Below are positions 28,243 through 38,813 of a DNA stretch of 64,000 nucleotides, piece by piece; the first letter of the stretch is position 1, and every line of letters starts with the position of its first letter. The stretch comes from a virus (taxonomy: Duplodnaviria > Heunggongvirae > Uroviricota > Caudoviricetes). The notes under the pieces are model-generated. The model ran no database searches and was not told where the DNA came from. It worked only from the letters and a program-made list of their open reading frames with translations. Both the position numbers and the translations under genes were made by a program. The stretch covers positions 118,482 to 182,481 of IMG/VR virus record IMGVR_UViG_3300028833_000054; one strand, 5' to 3'.

Positions 28243-31200
28243 AACCGGGAGGAATTGCAGTATTTCCTCTCAATCGTCTATATATTGCTGAATTTGGTTT
28301 TATGCTGTTATAAAATACTGTAGGAGAATATACTTCTTGAATTGGACCGTAATAACATATTCTTGTATAACCTGTTCCTGTTTCAAGAGTTGCATCGTGG
28401 AATAAACTGTCTTGACAACAACGCATACCTCCGTGACGTGTAGCTCCAGTACCTATGCTTCCTGGATTTTGGAATCCTGCAAACCAATATGCAGATACAG
28501 TAGCAGCTGAATTACCGGTTTGAGAATATCTAGCAGTAAATGCTATTGGTGAATAAGTAAGTATTTGCTCAGGAGTAGTAGGAGTTCCTACAAATGTATA
28601 TATATTTCTTCCATAATATGTGTCAGCAGTATTTGCTATACTTCCAAATCTATATACAGTATCAGAAGAAGACAGTAGATTTGGATTACCTACCATATCT
28701 GCAAGAATACCTATTTTATTAACATTATTTGCATTATTAGATACATAATAATATTGCCAACATGCATCAGTATATAAAGTACAAATAGTAGGATTCCACA
28801 ATGCTTCTACTCCCCAGAAATTAACAGGTTTATTATTTCCGGTTGAATTTGTTGTGTCATTCATTCCTCTTCCTTGAGTTGACTGTGCACTAGGAGTATA
28901 TACTGTACTTAATCCATTGCCACATTCTGAAATACAATTTGTTGTTTGATAATATGCCATAAACAATAGTCTAAGCATTTGAATCCATTTGTATCTTAAA
29001 AATTTAACATCTACACTAGGATATAAATTTTTTATTGATGACTTATCTACTCCACCAACAAACAAATCAATTGTAGTTCCAGAAGAACTTATAGTATTAG
29101 CAGATACTACACAAGAAGTTTTGTTTAGCCATACATCTGCTTGAGTTAATGTCTTTGTTTCAGCATATGGAGAACTAGAATATGCATTTATTTTACTAGA
29201 TGTTGTGCTTCCACCAGAACTAACAACTATACCACTCTTATAACTTACAGGATATACTGCTATCATATTATTTGAATCCCATTTTTGGAATCCTTGACCG
29301 AGGTCAGTGTCTGCAAATTCTACAGTAAATGCACTGCTGTCTCCTGAAACTCTATAATAAAATTCGGGAAGTCTCATATAAATATCTCCATTTTCTACAC
29401 TACCATCAGTAGGATATAAGTATGAATTATCATTTGCAAACCTAGTCGAATCACTGTCTTTTAGTTGACAAATATACATTTGTGCCCCACGAGGAGATAA
29501 TACAGCATTATTTCCATCAGTTACATTAGATGTGAGTTTTGCAAAATATGCAACATATCTATGAGAATTAGCTCTTATCCATTGCATAACAGAAGTGCCA
29601 GAAGCAGCAGTATATTGAATAAATGCTGCAGGAGAACTTCCTCTAGAAAAATCTACACTTAATATATCTACACGTATTGGAGTAAAGTTTAAAGTTACAG
29701 TTCTAGAATAACCAGGAATTGATAAAAATGTTCCAGGTGCAGGTGTGCTATATCCTGATATAGAATTACAAGTAATAACATATTCAATTCCAGGTGGAAT
29801 TTCAATAGGATTTGCTGTGTATGTAGTTGTTCCAGGAACTAAATGAGTATTTTGATATGCTATTCCTTCATATATTATTTCATTTGTAAACTTATTAGTA
29901 ATTGTAACACCAACATATTCTGTTATAGGAGTACTAGGAGATGTAGCATTCTTAACTTCTAATGTAAGATATTCTGGTTCTGTAGTAAACAAAGTTGAAA
30001 TCTTGACTGTAGTACCGTTTGTATTCCAAACTTCATCGTTTGCTCCAGTTGCTTGTGTTCCATTTGTATTCATCTTATACAATCCACCTATTGCTAATTG
30101 ACCTGTAGAAGGTTTGAATTTAGCAAGATGTGTTGCATATGTAGTATTAGTTACAGTTGCAGGTGCAAATGTAGTAGCATCTGAATAACTGTATCCCAAG
30201 AGAAGCGGTCTCCAAGATGTATTTGAACTTGCGGTTATAGTTTGAGTTACTTTGGTATCTGATACATATGAACTAATATTTCCAGAGTCTATAATTGTTA
30301 ACCAATCCCCCCAAGTGTCATCATTATAATTTTTATTACGATAATACATGTGCCCGCTCTTTCCTGCACCAAACCACAATTGAGGTTGCCAGTGGTTGGC
30401 GTTGTATGAAAGAATTTCTAACATTTCTCCATAAGTAGTAGGTCCACCGTTATTGTATATTGTATAAAAATTTACTTTGTTTGTTGTTGGATTAGTTTTT
30501 CCATTTTTAATAGTATTCCATACACCACTATTAGTGCTAGAATTACAATAGGTAAGAGTTAAATATGGAGCACTTCCAGTAATATTTCCGTGGAAAGTAT
30601 TCAAAGATATTTTTGCAAGCTGAGTACCTTTACCTGTTCCAAAAATATATTCATTAATACTTCCATCTGTAGTTCCTGAAGCAGTTCTATAATTTATCCA
30701 AACTCCTCCTGTATAACCAGGTGCAATCCAAGTGTATTCATTTCCAGAATGAACCATATTGTTATAGGTTTGACGATGAGCAAATGCTGCAGCATGCTCA
30801 CTATCAACAGTATCTGCATTTGTTGCACTACCGGTAATGCTAATATTCCACGTTCCAGTATTTCTAACTAATTCTGTCCAAGCAGTCCATGAACCACCAT
30901 TATCACTTCTTGTCCAAATTTTATCTGTTCCATAACAATCAAAGAATAATTGTCTATGATATGTATTATTATCTTTGTATAATCTTATATTAAATAAACT
31001 TCCCCAATTGCTAACATCAGAAGGTCTATTTGTAAATCCGCCGTTTGTCCAAATTCCTGTTACACTGACATCATTACAATTTGATAGTTGATTAGATGGA
31101 CGCCACATAATTGGATATGCCCACTCTGTCCATGTTCCGCTGTTTTTTGTTCTGAATGCTATATCATTTGAATAGAAGTTTTCAGCCAATTCTGCACACC

Positions 31201-34200
31201 AAGATGCATTATATCCAGTTGATATAAGCATATAATCATTTGTAGAGCGTATATGAGTAAATGGACTTCCACCAGTAACATATGCCCAACCTGAATTAGT
31301 AGCAGAATCTCCGCTTGTTACTGTTTGAGATGTGCATAATTCACGTAATCTTGCAGGAAGTTTATCATTTGCAATTACTGATGATAATCCTGCTGCAGTT
31401 GTAGCAGATGAAGCATTTCCTATAAATGAAGATGCAGTTACATTTGCAGGGAATGTTACATTTTGGCTTGCATCATAAGTGTACATATGTCCTGTTCTGG
31501 CCAAGGTTGATGGTGTTGTCCATCCTACTCCTCCTATGCAAAATATTTTCGTTACTGTCAATCCTGGATAAGAAGTACTATAACCAGTATTACCGAAAGT
31601 AAATCTGATTTCTCCGTATTGACTTGCAGGTGTACCTCCGTATGTAGTTAAACCACTTGTATTTATAACATTATAGCCGCTCCATCCAGATATACCAACT
31701 TGATTTGCAAATGTTGTCCATGTGTCTGTACTTGAATTTACATTACTCCTTAAACGAGCATCAATCGTACACCAACAACCAGAACTACCACTTGTTGAAA
31801 CCAATATTATAAATTTGTTAAGTGTTGTGTATAATCCTCCCGGAGTAAGTATAATTCTTAAACGGTAATTTGTATAATCAACACCGGTAGTAGAGTTTTT
31901 TCCTATTCTGAAAGCTGCTCCATTTCCATTAAACAAATTAACTTTATCTGCTGCAGATGCACCGTAATCTGTCCATGATGACCCTCCATTAGTAGAATAT
32001 TGTACTACTATATTATCAGGAGATATAAAGGCTGCTCTATTTGCACCAAGCTCTGGAAGTATACCAGCATCTACAGGACCAAAATTGCTTGAAAGATTTT
32101 GACCGCCCCAAGACAAAAATGCTTCACCCACACTGCTTACTGCAGTTGGTGTTCCGGAATTAAGATATATTGGTCTATTACTTGCTCCGACTGTAGCAGT
32201 TCCTAATTTAGTAGCAGTAGCAGCATTTCCAGATATATTGATTCCCCAAGTTATACCGGTACTTCCTTCTACTACTATTCTGTAATAATTAGTTGCAGTT
32301 AATGGTGCTTCATACAACCAACCGCTGCTTGCTAAACCTATTTGTGCTGCAACTCTACCGCTCCAATGCCAAGCTAATCTTGGAGCATTTCCCCAAGTAT
32401 CAGATTGAGAACCGCCTCTATGATATTCTCTAATTTGTACTGCAGCTTCAGAATATGTTCCGGTAGAAGTATTTCCACTATTACTAAAAACTGCCATACC
32501 GTTAGTTTGAAACAGTGGACCAATATTATCTACTCCTCCTGGTCTAAAATCTAATGCACCAGAATTAGTATTTGACTTTGTAGCAATATCCCAAAGATTA
32601 GAGCCATTGTGTAAACGCAAATAACTCCAATTTCCTGCTGCTACACTGTTGTAAAATCCAGGTTGACCTGTAGAGTATACAGTTCCTGCTACATGAAGCT
32701 TGTAACTTGGTGATGTTCCAATACCAACATTTCCACTACCTGTTACAATATTTCCTCCTTCATTATTTAAATATAATATAGATGTAGAACTATTATTTCT
32801 AGCCATTATCTCATTACCATCAATTGCAATATTCTCACCCGCTTTAGTTCCTATAACAAGTGAACCATTCTGATTTAAACCAACATCTTGGTCATAATTA
32901 ATATATAATTGACCAGTCATTGTATCACCTGCTTTCTTCACATATCTTGCATCTGCAATTCCTGCATAATTACCGCTATCTAAAATTGTATAAGCAGTAT
33001 TTACTACATAGTGCTTAAGATCATTTGCACCTGCAGTTTGTAACCATAATTCTTCGCCTACACTGTTAGAACCATTATCTGCATCATTTCCTATACCAAT
33101 TACTAATCTACTTCTTTCTCCAGATGATGCTTCAGTTGGGGTAGTATTGTAAGCAGCTGCAGTTACTCCATATGGGTGATATTGTATAAATGCTACATCT
33201 GAAGGTGAATTAATATTGGTGTCATTAGATTTCATTGATTTAAATACAATTCCGCTAACACCATAAGTATTGTCACCTTGCAAAATTATATTAGCATATG
33301 CTTTATTAAATCCGCCTTGTGAATATTGTCCTGTGTCTGCAACTCCTTTAATAGTTAATGCACCGGTCATTGTATCTCCTGCTTTCGCTACATATGCTGA
33401 TGTGTATGAACCTATGTATGAACCTAAATTTGCAGAATCTAATGCTACTCTATGATACCAAACTCCATATGATGTTCCAAATATATACTCAGCTCCTGCA
33501 TGAGGATAATATCTTCCTGTAATATGAACTGGAAGACCCATTTCTGCATTGGGGTGATTATTGTTTATAAAGGCTTGATCTACTAATCCTGAACTGTATA
33601 CATCTGCTTGAATCATACCTCTTGAACTTGGGCTAATATATGATAAAACTGTATAATTTGCTCCGTTTGCATATGCATACTTGCACCAAGCTTTTAAAAA
33701 CTCTTCTTGTGGATAACCAGCACTAGTATAATCAGAACGTAATCCGTATGAATTAATCAATGTTGTATAACTAATTGTGGGTAATATTTTTATTGATCCT
33801 GCAAGAGTTGTAGTATCAGTTATATTTCCTGTTCCATTTACATATAATTTATAAGATGTATTTGTTCCATTGACACCAAGTGAAGGAGAAATATATACTC
33901 CACCTCCTCCATGTATTAAATCAATAAATGCTTCTGTACCGCCTCCACTAGCATTGTTACTTAATCTAAAGTCAAGATTACTCAATGGAGATGAACCTAA
34001 CAAGAAATCAACAGAATCATTGTACTGTCTAGTTATTCGTACTGGATATTGAACTCCATTACCGCCAAACTTAGACTCTCCTCCATACACATGCAATTTA
34101 GCAGATGGACTAGTAGTTCCTATACCAACTCTTCCTGGAGTTCCAGCACCCGTAATTCTAACAACTTCATTACGACTATTGCTTCCTGTACAGAATGATA

Positions 34201-37200
34201 TTCCATCTTGACCATTTATTGATAAACCATCTGGCGTATCTGTAGTTCCGCCATGATCATATGCTAATATTGATACATTATACTTATTTGAACTAGTAAA
34301 TCCAGATCTAAAGAATATTCCATGTTCATTAGTAAAATCATTATTAATTAATATATCACCTTTTACTTCTAATTTTGTAGTTGGTGATGAAGTACCTATG
34401 CCCACTTTACCTTGGGTAGAACCAGAAACTAAATAAACATTATTTCCTGTATAGTGATTAATATATGTAGCATTGCTTCCAAGAGAATCTAAATGGAAGT
34501 TACCACCAAAATAAATTCGACCTGCTGTTCCAGTTATATAATTAGTTCCTGCAGATGTTGCTCCATTAAATGTAAGAGCAGTAATACCTGTTACAGCTTG
34601 AGCAGCAGAAGATGCTTGAACAGGAGTAGTACCTATATAACCCAAATATGATGTATAATTAGATGTATCTATTAACTGTTTCCATCCTCCTGACAAACTA
34701 GTTCCTGTTCTCCAATATATTCCACTAGCAGAATTTGCAGACATTAATAATTGTCCATACCATCCATCTGCAGTTTTCATTGTTATTACACCAAATGCAT
34801 CTACATTAGTAGGTTTATCTGTTATACTATTTCCTCCTCCTCTTGCAGTATAAATTAAATCAGTTGTATGTGTAAATGTAGATAAACTTGATATTGGTGA
34901 TTGTGCTAATCTTTTTGCAACATCTGATGTTAAATTAGTTGCGATAAGAGTAGAACCGTCATTGGATTCTATAACTGCAATAGGAATATACTTGTCTGCA
35001 GCAGAAGGAATATCTGCTTCAGCAATTGTTTCTATTGTTGTATTTCTGTAATCATAATTTTGTGCAGTATCATTTGCAGATAAATTTTCAATTGCAAATG
35101 ATGTATAATTATAAGTACTTACTTTGATATAGAATATAGCAGGATTTGCTATATCATATCTTATTTTTACTCCACTTGAAGTTATATGTGTTCCAATTGC
35201 AATACCTTTTACTGTAGCAGCAGACCAGTTATTAGATGAATCTTTTAAAAAATAATAATTTAAGAATATCTTTCCTGCAGCTGCATTTTGATATGAACCG
35301 CTCAATACAATTTCCATAGTTAGCATGAACCATGCAGTAGAAGATGAAGTATATCCTGTATGAGGAAATGTTACTTTATGCCATATACTTCTTGTAGGAT
35401 CTGATGCAATAAATGGATAAAATCTTCCATATCGTTTTTCAACAAAATCAGTTCCGTGTATTCCATCTACAGTATCTGCATCCAATCCACTGCCAGAACC
35501 ATCATTTCCTGAATCCCAAATAGTATATAATCCTGTGCCTACTGCGTGTTTTAATCCAGTAGTAGTAGGTGTTTGTAATATCAATGAATCAGTAGAATCA
35601 TTATTTACACCAATAACAAGACGATTAGCTTCACCAGAAGATGCAAGAGTTGGTTGAGTTCCTATAGCAGTCTGTGTAGTAACTCCATAAGGTTGAAATT
35701 GTATAAATGCGCAGTCTGTTGGTTTATTGATTACTGTATCTCCTTTTTGGCTTATAAACTCTATAGTTGACAATCCATAAGTAGGATCACCAATTAAACG
35801 CATATTAGGATATTTAACGGATGCATATGATCCTCCTGGATATGTCCATGTTGCATCTGCAGTATATGCACCTGCTTTTAAGGTTAATATATTGTCAAGA
35901 AGCAAATTTTTGGTAGTAAGAGCATAATTAGTTATTGTTGCAGTTACATTGCTAAAAGAAGTTGAAAAACTAATTGCAAAATCTTTTTCCCAATTTGCAG
36001 AAGATGGACTAAATCCACATATTACATCTCTAACTGCAACTTGTGGATATGACCAAGATGTATTTGTTTCTCCTATATAGATTACAAAGCTCGTTCCGTT
36101 ATGACCTAATCTAACTGTCCATTCTGCACCATATACCATTGCAAATGGACTATTAGCCCACGTGCTGTTATTATAAGTATAACCTCCAACATGAACAGAA
36201 AACGATTTATTTGTAGAATACAAATATACATCTATCCACATAGATGTCATTGTATTGCCAATACTTGCAGGAAGTGTTATAGTTATTGCACCGGTAACAG
36301 ATGAAGTAGTTGTTATATATGTAGAAGATTTTGGTTTTAATAAGAATACATTTGTAGGAGTAGTGTTATGCTCAACAAATGCAGCAGCATTCATAATTCC
36401 TGAAGACCTAACTTCAAGATTATTATCTATTCTACCTACTTGAAAATCATATCCTCTATTGGTTGTTCCATTAACATCATTTGCAGTAAAATCAGTTCCT
36501 GCATGCCATACAAACTGAGTATTTGCATGTTTTCCCCATAGAGCAACAGTAGTATTACTTGACCAAGAATATTTAAGACCACTATACCAAGTAGAATTAT
36601 TAGTTGAAAATCTTAATATTTCTTTTGTTGCTCCTGGCCATAAAATAGTACCTATTCCTGTTATATTTTGACCATCTAATTGGGATGCTTGGACTGCAGT
36701 TGTACCAATATAACCAAAACTGATAGCTGCACTTGGTTTGCCTGCAATATTATCCCAAGGAATAGATATAGACATTGCACCAGAATAGTAATTAGTATAG
36801 CTAGAAGTAGTTACCGGTGTTGTATCTAATTGTATATAATTTATTAATGTTGATCCTCTCTGTCCTTCAACAAATACTTTTGTCAATATAGTTTTTAATG
36901 TTGTTGAGCTTGCAACTTGCTTGACAAATATTTCTGTTGATTCATTGTAAGCCCCATAATATATTCTTAAATCACTTGCACTAGAATTTGTTGCTATAAC
37001 AGCTATTGTATATTCTCTATCGGTAGCAGAAACTCCTCTATGGCGAACACGATATAACCAATATCTATTGAAAATTATATCAATAGTGTAAAATAAAGCA
37101 TCTCTATTATTTGAACTTACTCCATTGCTTAATGTAGCAATTCTATAGTATGCTTCTTCTGTTGTTGCTCCTATATCAATTTTTGCTTGTTTTAAAAGAT

Positions 37201-37402
37201 ATCTATTGTTGGATATATTATCTGTTCCAAAAGCATGAAATCCATCCAATAAATCTACATTCAAGTTTGAAACAAGAGTGCTAGAATCTATTAGAAATGG
37301 TGATGTTCCTTGAACTACTTTGCTTATGAATTGGTCACTGGCATATATCTTGTCTATGAATCTAGATTTTCCTTCAACCAATAAATCCTTTAATTGAGCC
37401 AT
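28241..37402 (-). CDS. Tail fibre/adhesin 1 (3053 aa), mosaic, with C-terminal C-type-lectin-fold-like receptor-binding domain
   Basis: Repeated NADxxDGxH linkers, VGIGTSSP repeats, gp53-like GIW/W modules; C-terminal GDIYMRLPEFYY...LFMAYYQTTNC...NFWGVEALW. Confidence 0.8.
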   Translation of the reverse strand: MAQLKDLLVEGKSRFIDKIYASDQFISKVVQGTSPFLIDSSTLVSNLNVDLLDGFHAFGTDNISNNRYLLKQAKIDIGATTEEAYYRIATLSNGVSSNNRDALFYTIDIIFNRYWLYRVRHRGVSATDREYTIAVIATNSSASDLRIYYGAYNESTEIFVKQVASSTTLKTILTKVFVEGQRGSTLINYIQLDTTPVTTSSYTNYYSGAMSISIPWDNIAGKPSAAISFGYIGTTAVQASQLDGQNITGIGTILWPGATKEILRFSTNNSTWYSGLKYSWSSNTTVALWGKHANTQFVWHAGTDFTANDVNGTTNRGYDFQVGRIDNNLEVRSSGIMNAAAFVEHNTTPTNVFLLKPKSSTYITTTSSVTGAITITLPASIGNTMTSMWIDVYLYSTNKSFSVHVGGYTYNNSTWANSPFAMVYGAEWTVRLGHNGTSFVIYIGETNTSWSYPQVAVRDVICGFSPSSANWEKDFAISFSTSFSNVTATITNYALTTKNLLLDNILTLKAGAYTADATWTYPGGSYASVKYPNMRLIGDPTYGLSTIEFISQKGDTVINKPTDCAFIQFQPYGVTTQTAIGTQPTLASSGEANRLVIGVNNDSTDSLILQTPTTTGLKHAVGTGLYTIWDSGNDGSGSGLDADTVDGIHGTDFVEKRYGRFYPFIASDPTRSIWHKVTFPHTGYTSSSTAWFMLTMEIVLSGSYQNAAAGKIFLNYYFLKDSSNNWSAATVKGIAIGTHITSSGVKIRYDIANPAIFYIKVSTYNYTSFAIENLSANDTAQNYDYRNTTIETIAEADIPSAADKYIPIAVIESNDGSTLIATNLTSDVAKRLAQSPISSLSTFTHTTDLIYTARGGGNSITDKPTNVDAFGVITMKTADGWYGQLLMSANSASGIYWRTGTSLSGGWKQLIDTSNYTSYLGYIGTTPVQASSAAQAVTGITALTFNGATSAGTNYITGTAGRIYFGGNFHLDSLGSNATYINHYTGNNVYLVSGSTQGKVGIGTSSPTTKLEVKGDILINNDFTNEHGIFFRSGFTSSNKYNVSILAYDHGGTTDTPDGLSINGQDGISFCTGSNSRNEVVRITGAGTPGRVGIGTTSPSAKLHVYGGESKFGGNGVQYPVRITRQYNDSVDFLLGSSPLSNLDFRLSNNASGGGTEAFIDLIHGGGGVYISPSLGVNGTNTSYKLYVNGTGNITDTTTLAGSIKILPTISYTTLINSYGLRSDYTSAGYPQEEFLKAWCKYAYANGANYTVLSYISPSSRGMIQADVYSSGLVDQAFINNNHPNAEMGLPVHITGRYYPHAGAEYIFGTSYGVWYHRVALDSANLGSYIGSYTSAYVAKAGDTMTGALTIKGVADTGQYSQGGFNKAYANIILQGDNTYGVSGIVFKSMKSNDTNINSPSDVAFIQYHPYGVTAAAYNTTPTEASSGERSRLVIGIGNDADNGSNSVGEELWLQTAGANDLKHYVVNTAYTILDSGNYAGIADARYVKKAGDTMTGQLYINYDQDVGLNQNGSLVIGTKAGENIAIDGNEIMARNNSSTSILYLNNEGGNIVTGSGNVGIGTSPSYKLHVAGTVYSTGQPGFYNSVAAGNWSYLRLHNGSNLWDIATKSNTNSGALDFRPGGVDNIGPLFQTNGMAVFSNSGNTSTGTYSEAAVQIREYHRGGSQSDTWGNAPRLAWHWSGRVAAQIGLASSGWLYEAPLTATNYYRIVVEGSTGITWGINISGNAATATKLGTATVGASNRPIYLNSGTPTAVSSVGEAFLSWGGQNLSSNFGPVDAGILPELGANRAAFISPDNIVVQYSTNGGSSWTDYGASAADKVNLFNGNGAAFRIGKNSTTGVDYTNYRLRIILTPGGLYTTLNKFIILVSTSGSSGCWCTIDARLRSNVNSSTDTWTTFANQVGISGWSGYNVINTSGLTTYGGTPASQYGEIRFTFGNTGYSTSYPGLTVTKIFCIGGVGWTTPSTLARTGHMYTYDASQNVTFPANVTASSFIGNASSATTAAGLSSVIANDKLPARLRELCTSQTVTSGDSATNSGWAYVTGGSPFTHIRSTNDYMLISTGYNASWCAELAENFYSNDIAFRTKNSGTWTEWAYPIMWRPSNQLSNCNDVSVTGIWTNGGFTNRPSDVSNWGSLFNIRLYKDNNTYHRQLFFDCYGTDKIWTRSDNGGSWTAWTELVRNTGTWNISITGSATNADTVDSEHAAAFAHRQTYNNMVHSGNEYTWIAPGYTGGVWINYRTASGTTDGSINEYIFGTGKGTQLAKISLNTFHGNITGSAPYLTLTYCNSSTNSGVWNTIKNGKTNPTTNKVNFYTIYNNGGPTTYGEMLEILSYNANHWQPQLWFGAGKSGHMYYRNKNYNDDTWGDWLTIIDSGNISSYVSDTKVTQTITASSNTSWRPLLLGYSYSDATTFAPATVTNTTYATHLAKFKPSTGQLAIGGLYKMNTNGTQATGANDEVWNTNGTTVKISTLFTTEPEYLTLEVKNATSPSTPITEYVGVTITNKFTNEIIYEGIAYQNTHLVPGTTTYTANPIEIPPGIEYVITCNSISGYSTPAPGTFLSIPGYSRTVTLNFTPIRVDILSVDFSRGSSPAAFIQYTAASGTSVMQWIRANSHRYVAYFAKLTSNVTDGNNAVLSPRGAQMYICQLKDSDSTRFANDNSYLYPTDGSVENGDIYMRLPEFYYRVSGDSSAFTVEFADTDLGQGFQKWDSNNMIAVYPVSYKSGIVVSSGGSTTSSKINAYSSSPYAETKTLTQADVWLNKTSCVVSANTISSSGTTIDLFVGGVDKSSIKNLYPSVDVKFLRYKWIQMLRLLFMAYYQTTNCISECGNGLSTVYTPSAQSTQGRGMNDTTNSTGNNKPVNFWGVEALWNPTICTLYTDACWQYYYVSNNANNVNKIGILADMVGNPNLLSSSDTVYRFGSIANTADTYYGRNIYTFVGTPTTPEQILTYSPIAFTARYSQTGNSAATVSAYWFAGFQNPGSIGTGATRHGGMRCCQDSLFHDATLETGTGYTRICYYGPIQEVYSPTVFYNSIKPNSAIYRRLRGNTAIPPG
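32975..33300 (-). repeat. Diverged third copy of fibre module A (..AFIQ(Y/F)xPYG..RLVIG..)
   Basis: Protein-level similarity to 35457-35869; boundaries approximate. Confidence 0.6.
35457..35869 (-). repeat. Fibre module A, copy in fibre 1
   Basis: Collinear with 44506-44918 (offset 9049), many synonymous differences. Confidence 0.85.
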
Positions 37403-37411
37403 TTAATGCAT
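37403..37411 (-). other. Mini-uORF MH* abutting the fibre 1 start (ATG CAT TAA ATG)
   Basis: Read directly from the sequence. Confidence 0.45.
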
Positions 37412-37426
37412 ATAATCTATTTGGAT

Positions 37427-37434
37427 TATTTATT
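37427..37434 (-). promoter_or_regulatory. T4-late-like promoter AATAAATA
   Basis: Upstream of fibre 1. Confidence 0.6.
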
Positions 37435-37464
37435 TGACAATTAAAGAACTATCAAGTTTTAAAA

Positions 37465-38796
37465 TTAAGAAGAAGCTGTTTGTACAGTCCAACCTGAAGG
37501 AACTCCATGAACACCTGTAACATTCCAAGTTGCAGCTGAATTCTTTACGAAAACTCCTTGAGGAGCTACACCGTTTACCCAGTTGTTTGTATAAGTTGTA
37601 CCAGGAGTAAAAGTCATCATAGCTTTTATATAACCAAGACTACTACATCCATAAAACATGTAATCATATGCATGTGTAGCTATACCAGTAGCAGGAAGAA
37701 CAGGAGCAACAGTTAAATTAACGCAGTCTTTAAACATATATTCATAGTCATAACCTCCATTTATAGTAGTAGCAGGAAGGGCAGGGGCAGAAGTTAAACT
37801 AGTACAACCGTCAAACATATGTGAATAAGAATAAGTATTTATACCATCTGCTGGTAGACCTGGAGGAGTTACAAGTTTTTTGCAATTTTGAAACATACCC
37901 TGACAGCATGCAGTCATAGAAGATTTGCCACTTTTTCCTATAGCAGTAAAGTGTAAAGTTGTTAAGTTTATACAATCTTTAAACATGTATTGATATATAT
38001 ACTCATATGAAGTTCCATTTGCAAATACAGGAATTCTAGCAGAAATAAGGGAAGTACATCCCTCAAACATACTAATACATGCATACTTATAACCTGTCAT
38101 ACCGGTTGAATTTCCTCCAAACACTCCTACTTCTTCTACTCCAGTACAAGACCTATACATATTTTGATAACATCCTTGATTACAAGAGGTAGCAGGAAGA
38201 GCAGGAGTAGTTCCTGTTATTCCTGTGCATCCGTTAAACATAGAGCAATAACAAAAATTAAGAGTATTAGCAGCCATAACTAATTGGCTTGGTGGATTTG
38301 CAGAAGAAATAATACTAGGATTGAGGTCAATATCAGTTTGATTAAAAAATAATTTGTAAAAACCATAATTGGCTCTTACACTAGTAGATCCTGATGTTCT
38401 ATAATCTATTAATCCTGTTAATATTCCATACACAAGTATTTTTACACCCGGCGTGTGAGATGTAACAACAAAAGTACAAAAATCTGTTGTAGAAGTAGAA
38501 ATACCATTATCATTTCTTCCATTGATGTATATAATTGGAGTAGTTCCAGTAGCTGTTATAGTAGAATAATTCCAACTTGTAAATTGATTGATACTAGCAG
38601 GAGGAGTTCCGTTTCCTGTTACATAAAATTGTAAATTGGGTGAACGAGAGCCAGTAATACTTAAAGACACTGAAAATGAACGTGCACCTGTTCCTCCCGC
38701 ACGAAATATCAATGACCTAAATTCTGTAGGATCTTCGACATCTATATCACCAACTTCTATTACTCTTCTTCTTGCTTCTAATGATAATGAACTCAT
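37465..38796 (-). CDS. BspA/DUF285-like leucine-rich-repeat surface protein
   Basis: About seven tandem Y..MF..CTSL..AP.LPAT repeats; ends NWVNGVA.QGVFVK...GVPSGWTV. Confidence 0.7.
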   Translation of the reverse strand: MSSLSLEARRRVIEVGDIDVEDPTEFRSLIFRAGGTGARSFSVSLSITGSRSPNLQFYVTGNGTPPASINQFTSWNYSTITATGTTPIIYINGRNDNGISTSTTDFCTFVVTSHTPGVKILVYGILTGLIDYRTSGSTSVRANYGFYKLFFNQTDIDLNPSIISSANPPSQLVMAANTLNFCYCSMFNGCTGITGTTPALPATSCNQGCYQNMYRSCTGVEEVGVFGGNSTGMTGYKYACISMFEGCTSLISARIPVFANGTSYEYIYQYMFKDCINLTTLHFTAIGKSGKSSMTACCQGMFQNCKKLVTPPGLPADGINTYSYSHMFDGCTSLTSAPALPATTINGGYDYEYMFKDCVNLTVAPVLPATGIATHAYDYMFYGCSSLGYIKAMMTFTPGTTYTNNWVNGVAPQGVFVKNSAATWNVTGVHGVPSGWTVQTASS

Positions 38797-38813
38797 ACTT
38801 AAAACTTTAAATT

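Larger units (their letters stand above)
37258..37437 (-). repeat. 180-bp direct repeat, copy 1 (promoter, mini-ORF and first 48 codons of fibre 1)
   Basis: 178/180 identical to 45998-46177. Confidence 0.95.

Noticed and set aside
28241-28700. Complete diversity-generating retroelement
   Set aside because: No reverse transcriptase and no template-repeat copy seen in the window; kept only as a candidate target domain
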